This document shows positions 60,012 to 64,000 of a DNA stretch of 64,000 nt, in pieces. The position numbers were made by a program, and so were the translations under genes. The first letter of the stretch is position 1. The number at the start of each line of letters is the position of its first letter. The notes under the pieces were generated by a model. It was given only the letters and a program-made list of their open reading frames with translations. It was not told the origin of the DNA and ran no database searches. Source of the DNA: Bacteroidota bacterium (GTDB lineage: Bacteria; Bacteroidota; Bacteroidia; UKL13-3); NCBI GenBank assembly GCA_947446605.1, contig CANFHJ010000002.1, forward strand, positions 2,203 to 66,202. Reading direction: 5' to 3'.

Positions 60012-60548
60012 ATGAATAAAAGATTTCTTACCATTGTATCATTGATTTTTACAGCTGCTTTATTGCGCTTAATTCCACATGCACCAAATTTTAGCCCAAT
60101 TGGCGCGGTTGCCTTATTTGGAGGAGCTTATTTAAATAGAAAATACTTAGCTTATATCATTCCAATTGCGGCAATGATTGTAAGTGATTTATTTTTACCT
60201 TTTTACGGCATAGAGGTATTAATTACTTATGCTGGATTTTTGGTTTCAATATTTATTGGTACCCAATTGAAAAACAATTTAACTTGGTATAATGTGGCAT
60301 TTGGTTCAATGGTTTCATCCTTTGCCTTTTTCTTAATAACCAATTTTGTTTTCTTCTACCCAGCTAGCATGGGACCTTTGTACACACATGATTTGGCTGG
60401 CGTAATGAATAGTTACATCGCAGGATGGCCATTCTTTCAAAATACATTTGCTTCAGATTTAGTTTATAATGGAATATTATTTGGTGCATTTTACTTAATG
60501 CAAGTTAATATCCCAGAACTAAGAGCAGAGAAAATTAAGGCTTCATAA
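60012..60548 (+). CDS. polytopic membrane protein (DUF6580-like, putative transporter component)
   Basis: ATG at 60012 (MNKRFLTIVSLIFTAALLRLIPHAPNFSPIGAVALFGG) with about 5 TM segments. Family assignment is from memory only. Confidence 0.45.
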   Translation: MNKRFLTIVSLIFTAALLRLIPHAPNFSPIGAVALFGGAYLNRKYLAYIIPIAAMIVSDLFLPFYGIEVLITYAGFLVSIFIGTQLKNNLTWYNVAFGSMVSSFAFFLITNFVFFYPASMGPLYTHDLAGVMNSYIAGWPFFQNTFASDLVYNGILFGAFYLMQVNIPELRAEKIKAS

Positions 60549-62181
60549 AATCGAAGTAAGTTTTTCGCGATAGAAATTCAACGCTCAAGTGGTATAAGCC
60601 GCTTGGGCGTTTTTTATAACCTTTAATCAAAAATCGGTTCGAACCTTTTTTTAGTGTTAAAGTTATTCTGTCAATCTCCCCTTTTATGGGCTCCTCAATA
60701 ATTAAAACAACTTTTTGGGGTGCACGTGCGTTGAGGCACAAGTGTAAGTTTTGATCTTGCAGTTCACGCACATCTATGATACTGTCTTGCTGCACGCACA
60801 ATATTTTAGCTGCCAATTCCATATCTGGAATTCCTGCCCCCATGTATTTATCCACTTTATAATATTGAGAGCCACTTAAAATGAGTGCCTCTTTAATTTT
60901 TTCTGCGCTGCTCTTTGGCGCCAATTCAAGTAATTGCGCAGCAGCTCCAGCTATAAGAGGGCAAGAATAAGAGGTGCCATTTCCTTCAAAAACTTTCCCA
61001 TCTGCAGCCAATAATGCTACGCCTTTTCCTAAAGCGCTAATATCGGGTTTCATTCTTTTATCTGCAGTAGGACCAACAGAACTAAAACCGGCATAGGTAT
61101 TAAATTTATCTACAGCACCAATGGTTAAAACGTGCGCTGCGTCTGCAGGTGCGCTAATTTGGCGCCATGGGTCATCTCCCTCATTTCCGGCGCTTACAAG
61201 CACTAAAATACCTTTGCTTGTAGCAATTTCAGCGGCTCTTGTAATGAGTGTTGTTTTGCCATCTAATTCAGAAAACTTATGGCCCATGCTTTTTTCATCG
61301 TGTTTGGTATAGCCTAAAGATGAATTAATAATATCGGCGCCGGCACTATCGGCATATTCTGCAGCCAAGGCCCAAAAATATTCTTCCACCAGGTATTCAT
61401 TGGCGGCATTTTCACTTCTTAATAAAATGTATTGTGCTTTGGTGGCAGTACCTAAAATTAAGCCCGGTTGATAGGCTGCCATACAACTCAAAACTGCCGT
61501 CCCATGCGGATCGTCATCAAATACTTCTTCCTCTTTTTCTACAAAATCATAAGAAGAAAGTATTTGTTTTTCTTTTATCAAGTTTTTAAAAGGCAACAAT
61601 TGATCAGCATTTTTAAAACCAGCATCAATAACTGCTATTAGCACGTTTTTACCACCAATACCAGCTTTTATAAGGCTTTCGTCGTTTAGTTGTTTTATTT
61701 GCGCATAACTTTTTCCAGCCAAAATGGTATCATTCTTTTCCGATTTATTCTGAAAACTCTGTTCTAAAATATTTAATTGGTTCTCCAAGCTATTTTCACT
61801 TGCATCGTCCATTTCATCATAAAAATAGGCAGGTCCCAAATAAGTAACTGCAGCAACAAATGGCAGTAATTTTAAAGAATCAATAATGTTTTTTTGAGCA
61901 CTTAATATTATGGTACCATTAAACCACCTGCTATTGCCATACATGGTTAAAGGTAATGCCGCTAATTGCCTAACATACGAGCTGTCTGGCGGAATATCGT
62001 TTTCGTTTAAAGGAACTCTGTTTCTAGTTCTGCGCTCTATTGCCTTGGCAGATATATAGCTTGCGGGTTGGTATAATTGTGTTTTAAAATTGGGTTTATC
62101 TTTAAAGCTTACAAAATAAAAACGCTGCTGCGCATTTAGGTTCGAACCAATTAATAAAACTAAAAAGAAAATAAACCTCAT
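60535..62181 (-). CDS. S8 family (subtilisin-like) serine peptidase
   Basis: Triad contexts VIDAGF, HGTAVLS and GTSYSCPLIAGAAA, plus a signal peptide. Contains palindrome copies 8 and 9. Confidence 0.8.
   Translation of the reverse strand: MRFIFFLVLLIGSNLNAQQRFYFVSFKDKPNFKTQLYQPASYISAKAIERRTRNRVPLNENDIPPDSSYVRQLAALPLTMYGNSRWFNGTIILSAQKNIIDSLKLLPFVAAVTYLGPAYFYDEMDDASENSLENQLNILEQSFQNKSEKNDTILAGKSYAQIKQLNDESLIKAGIGGKNVLIAVIDAGFKNADQLLPFKNLIKEKQILSSYDFVEKEEEVFDDDPHGTAVLSCMAAYQPGLILGTATKAQYILLRSENAANEYLVEEYFWALAAEYADSAGADIINSSLGYTKHDEKSMGHKFSELDGKTTLITRAAEIATSKGILVLVSAGNEGDDPWRQISAPADAAHVLTIGAVDKFNTYAGFSSVGPTADKRMKPDISALGKGVALLAADGKVFEGNGTSYSCPLIAGAAAQLLELAPKSSAEKIKEALILSGSQYYKVDKYMGAGIPDMELAAKILCVQQDSIIDVRELQDQNLHLCLNARAPQKVVLIIEEPIKGEIDRITLTLKKGSNRFLIKGYKKRPSGLYHLSVEFLSRKTYFDFMKP
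60634..60647. repeat. iterated palindrome copy 8, TCGGTTCGAACCTT
   Basis: Read directly. Encodes GSN (KKGSNRF) near the C-terminus of the S8 peptidase. Confidence 0.95.
62137..62150. repeat. iterated palindrome copy 9, TAGGTTCGAACCAA
   Basis: Read directly. Encodes GSN (LIGSNLN) inside the signal peptide of the S8 peptidase. Confidence 0.95.
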
Positions 62182-62879
62182 GGCAAGTAGTAGTGAATTA
62201 ATTTTTGGTGGATTTTATAGCCAGACACGCCTGTAACCTGTGTGTTCAAATTATTATTGGTGAAGTCTATTAACCCTATTCCATTACTGTAAACAGATTT
62301 TATCAAAATCTCTTCAATAGCATTGTTTGCAAGGGATTCTTGAACGGCAACGCAATCATTAAACACCGTATCGCCATTGTTAAATGCTTGGTGAATGTTT
62401 TGAAGCAAGAAAGTTTTTCTGCCTAAATTATTGCTTTGGTTACCATTCCAAGAAAGCACATTGCCAATAGGAAAAGCTAATTTTACCTGTCTGATATTGT
62501 CTTCAAGCCACTCTAGGTTATTGCTATTTACTATTACAAAAACGCTAGTCCTAGCATGCCAATTTTGTGATGTATCGGTTCGAACCGACCTTAGTATTTC
62601 CCTATGATACTGAAAGGTTTGACCAGAAATGAGTCCTGCAAATTCTTCTTTAAGTATAAAATGAAAGGTGTCGCTGCTATGGGTAATATCACTGTAGGCT
62701 ATAGAATCAACAGCATAATATTTTACTATTCCAGAATCAATAGGAAAAAAGGAATAACCTAAATTGATGGAGTTGTTTGTAGGTGCTGATTTTTTGCAAG
62801 CTGTAATAGCACCTAGCAGTAAAACAAATACCACTAATTTGTTTAGTTTGAATTGCGTATGAGGATGAATTGTATTCAA
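62178..62879 (-). CDS. hypothetical lipoprotein
   Basis: Lipobox LLLGAITAC-KK. I favour the in-frame TTG at 62879 (MNTIHPHTQFKLNKLVVFVLLLGAITAC), which avoids the overlap with mnmA. The track start is 62972. Contains palindrome copy 10. The 3' end overlaps the S8 gene start by 4 nt. Confidence 0.45.
   Translation of the reverse strand: MNTIHPHTQFKLNKLVVFVLLLGAITACKKSAPTNNSINLGYSFFPIDSGIVKYYAVDSIAYSDITHSSDTFHFILKEEFAGLISGQTFQYHREILRSVRTDTSQNWHARTSVFVIVNSNNLEWLEDNIRQVKLAFPIGNVLSWNGNQSNNLGRKTFLLQNIHQAFNNGDTVFNDCVAVQESLANNAIEEILIKSVYSNGIGLIDFTNNNLNTQVTGVSGYKIHQKLIHYYLP
62575..62588. repeat. iterated palindrome copy 10, TCGGTTCGAACCGA (perfect 14-mer)
   Basis: Read directly. Encodes VRT (LRSVRTDT) on the minus strand. 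Confidence 0.95.
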
Positions 62880-62889
62880 AACTGCTATA

Positions 62890-63990
62890 TTAAATATCAA
62901 AACTTGATTGAATCCAACCGCCGCCAATAACATCGTCTCCCTCATAGAATACGGCACTTTGACCTGGTGCAATGCCTTTTACCAAGGAGTGAAAATCTAC
63001 CCTCATTCGTCCATCATCTTCCACAATACTGGCATTTGTGCCGGCATCTTTGTAGCGAACTTTTGTAAGTGATTCCATGGGTGAAATTATTTTGCTATAC
63101 TTCTGCAAATTAAGGTTTCTCACCCACATTCCGTTTCTTTGTAAGTCTTCTTCGCGCCCTAAAACAACAGTATTTGTTTCGGGCTTAATTTCTAAAACAA
63201 ACATAGGTTCACCCAAGGCTATTTCTAAACCTTTGCGCTGCCCTACTGTGTAAAATGGATAGCCACGGTGTGTTCCTAAAACTTTTCCTTCCTTATTTAC
63301 AAAGTTACCGCCATTCACTTTTTCTTCTAATCCTTCAACTTTACGTTTTAAGAATCCACGGTAATCATTATCAGGCACAAAGCAAATTTCATAGCTTTCA
63401 CTCTTAGCTGCCAGTTCGGTAAAGCCTCTATCAATAGCCATTTGCTTTATGTCTGTTTTATGAAAACCACCCAAAGGAAATCTGGTTCGAGCCAAACTTT
63501 CTTGACTTAAACCCCATAAAACATAACTTTGGTCTTTGTGGTGATCGAGTCCACGACTAATTACATAACGATTATTTTCTTGACGTATTTGGGCATAATG
63601 GCCAGTGGCTATGAACTCACAATCTAACTGGTTGGCACGTTTAAGTAAAGCTTCCCATTTGATATGCGTATTACATAATACACAAGGGTTTGGCGTTCTT
63701 CCAGCCAGGTATTCTTCAATAAAATTATCGATTACAAAATCGCCAAATTCATCCCTGATATCTAAAATTAAATGGTGTATGCCATATTGAACTGCAATAG
63801 CTCTGGCGTCGTTTATTGAATCTAAACTGCAGCAGCCCGTTTCTTTTTTGCTACCTCCACTGTTTTGGTAATCCCAAGTTTTCATGGTGATTCCTACAAC
63901 TTCATAGCCTTCTTCGGCTAACATAACAGCCGCAACGGTGCTGTCAATGCCGCCACTCATGGCGACTAATATTCTTCCTTTTTTACTCAT
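62890..63990 (-). CDS. mnmA: tRNA 2-thiouridine(34) synthase
   Basis: 366 aa with PP-loop VAMSGGIDSTVAA and catalytic Cys contexts (NPCVLCN ; YEICF). Confidence 0.9.
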   Translation of the reverse strand: MSKKGRILVAMSGGIDSTVAAVMLAEEGYEVVGITMKTWDYQNSGGSKKETGCCSLDSINDARAIAVQYGIHHLILDIRDEFGDFVIDNFIEEYLAGRTPNPCVLCNTHIKWEALLKRANQLDCEFIATGHYAQIRQENNRYVISRGLDHHKDQSYVLWGLSQESLARTRFPLGGFHKTDIKQMAIDRGFTELAAKSESYEICFVPDNDYRGFLKRKVEGLEEKVNGGNFVNKEGKVLGTHRGYPFYTVGQRKGLEIALGEPMFVLEIKPETNTVVLGREEDLQRNGMWVRNLNLQKYSKIISPMESLTKVRYKDAGTNASIVEDDGRMRVDFHSLVKGIAPGQSAVFYEGDDVIGGGWIQSSFDI

Positions 63991-64000
63991 GGTTCAAAAC

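Noticed and set aside
2533-62588. GGTTCGAACC copies as tRNA T-arm remnants (the motif resembles the GGTTCGAAYCC T-stem/loop, and the eukaryotic B box)
   Set aside because: No acceptor- or T-stem complement or other tRNA parts flank any copy. All copies sit in-frame inside conserved CDSs. The genuine tRNA-Leu T-loop in this window (GAGTTCGAATCTC) does not carry the decamer.
2533-62588. GGTTCGAACC copies as termini of a MITE or IS element, or as parts of a REP-like intergenic repeat
   Set aside because: Alignment of the ten loci shows no conservation beyond about 2-3 nt on each side. All copies are intragenic. No transposase or target-site duplications are visible.
62880-62972. N-terminal extension of the 62178..62972 ORF overlapping the mnmA 3' end by 83 nt
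   Set aside because: A lipoprotein signal peptide begins right after an in-frame TTG at 62879, and the extension has no signal-like character. The alternative start remains only moderately supported.
1-64000. Search for parS (TGTTTCACGTGAAACA-like) sites, rRNA, CRISPR arrays, integrases or transposases, toxin-antitoxin pairs or defence operons
   Set aside because: None were recognised by eye on either strand. The window looks like core chromosome rather than an accessory island.

Overview
AT-rich (about 36% GC by eye) chromosomal segment with the gene content of a gliding member of the Bacteroidota. Supporting signals are gldE-gldD, T9SS C-terminal sorting domains of both types, DUF1573, and TAnnTTTG-type -7 boxes. 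It is densely packed with about 58 CDS on both strands, mostly housekeeping. These include dnaN (5' end cut by the window edge), queG, rng, HU, mutY, ssb, trpS, recQ, ftsE, a parE-like gene, fdhD, gyrA and mnmA. There are also many exported peptidases (HtrA, M48, M13, M1, M16, S8), three T9SS cargo proteins and one tRNA-Leu(GAG). I see no rRNA, CRISPR, transposase or integrase, prophage or recognisable defence island. The most notable feature is not a gene. The 10-bp palindrome GGTTCGAACC (extended consensus T-Y-GGTTCGAACC-R-A) occurs at least 10 times perfectly and at least 7 times with one mismatch. All perfect copies lie inside unrelated CDSs, on both strands and in all three frames, against an expectation of about 0.02-0.03 copies. 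This behaves like a highly iterated palindrome, an uptake sequence or a dispersed protein-binding site, and I do not know of a described element with this sequence. Two small genes are missing from the ORF track. One is a 30-aa bTHX-like ribosomal protein at the end of an HU-TPR operon. The other is a free-standing 45-aa very basic ORF with its own promoter and terminator. Several ORF-track starts are N-terminal over-extensions and are corrected below.
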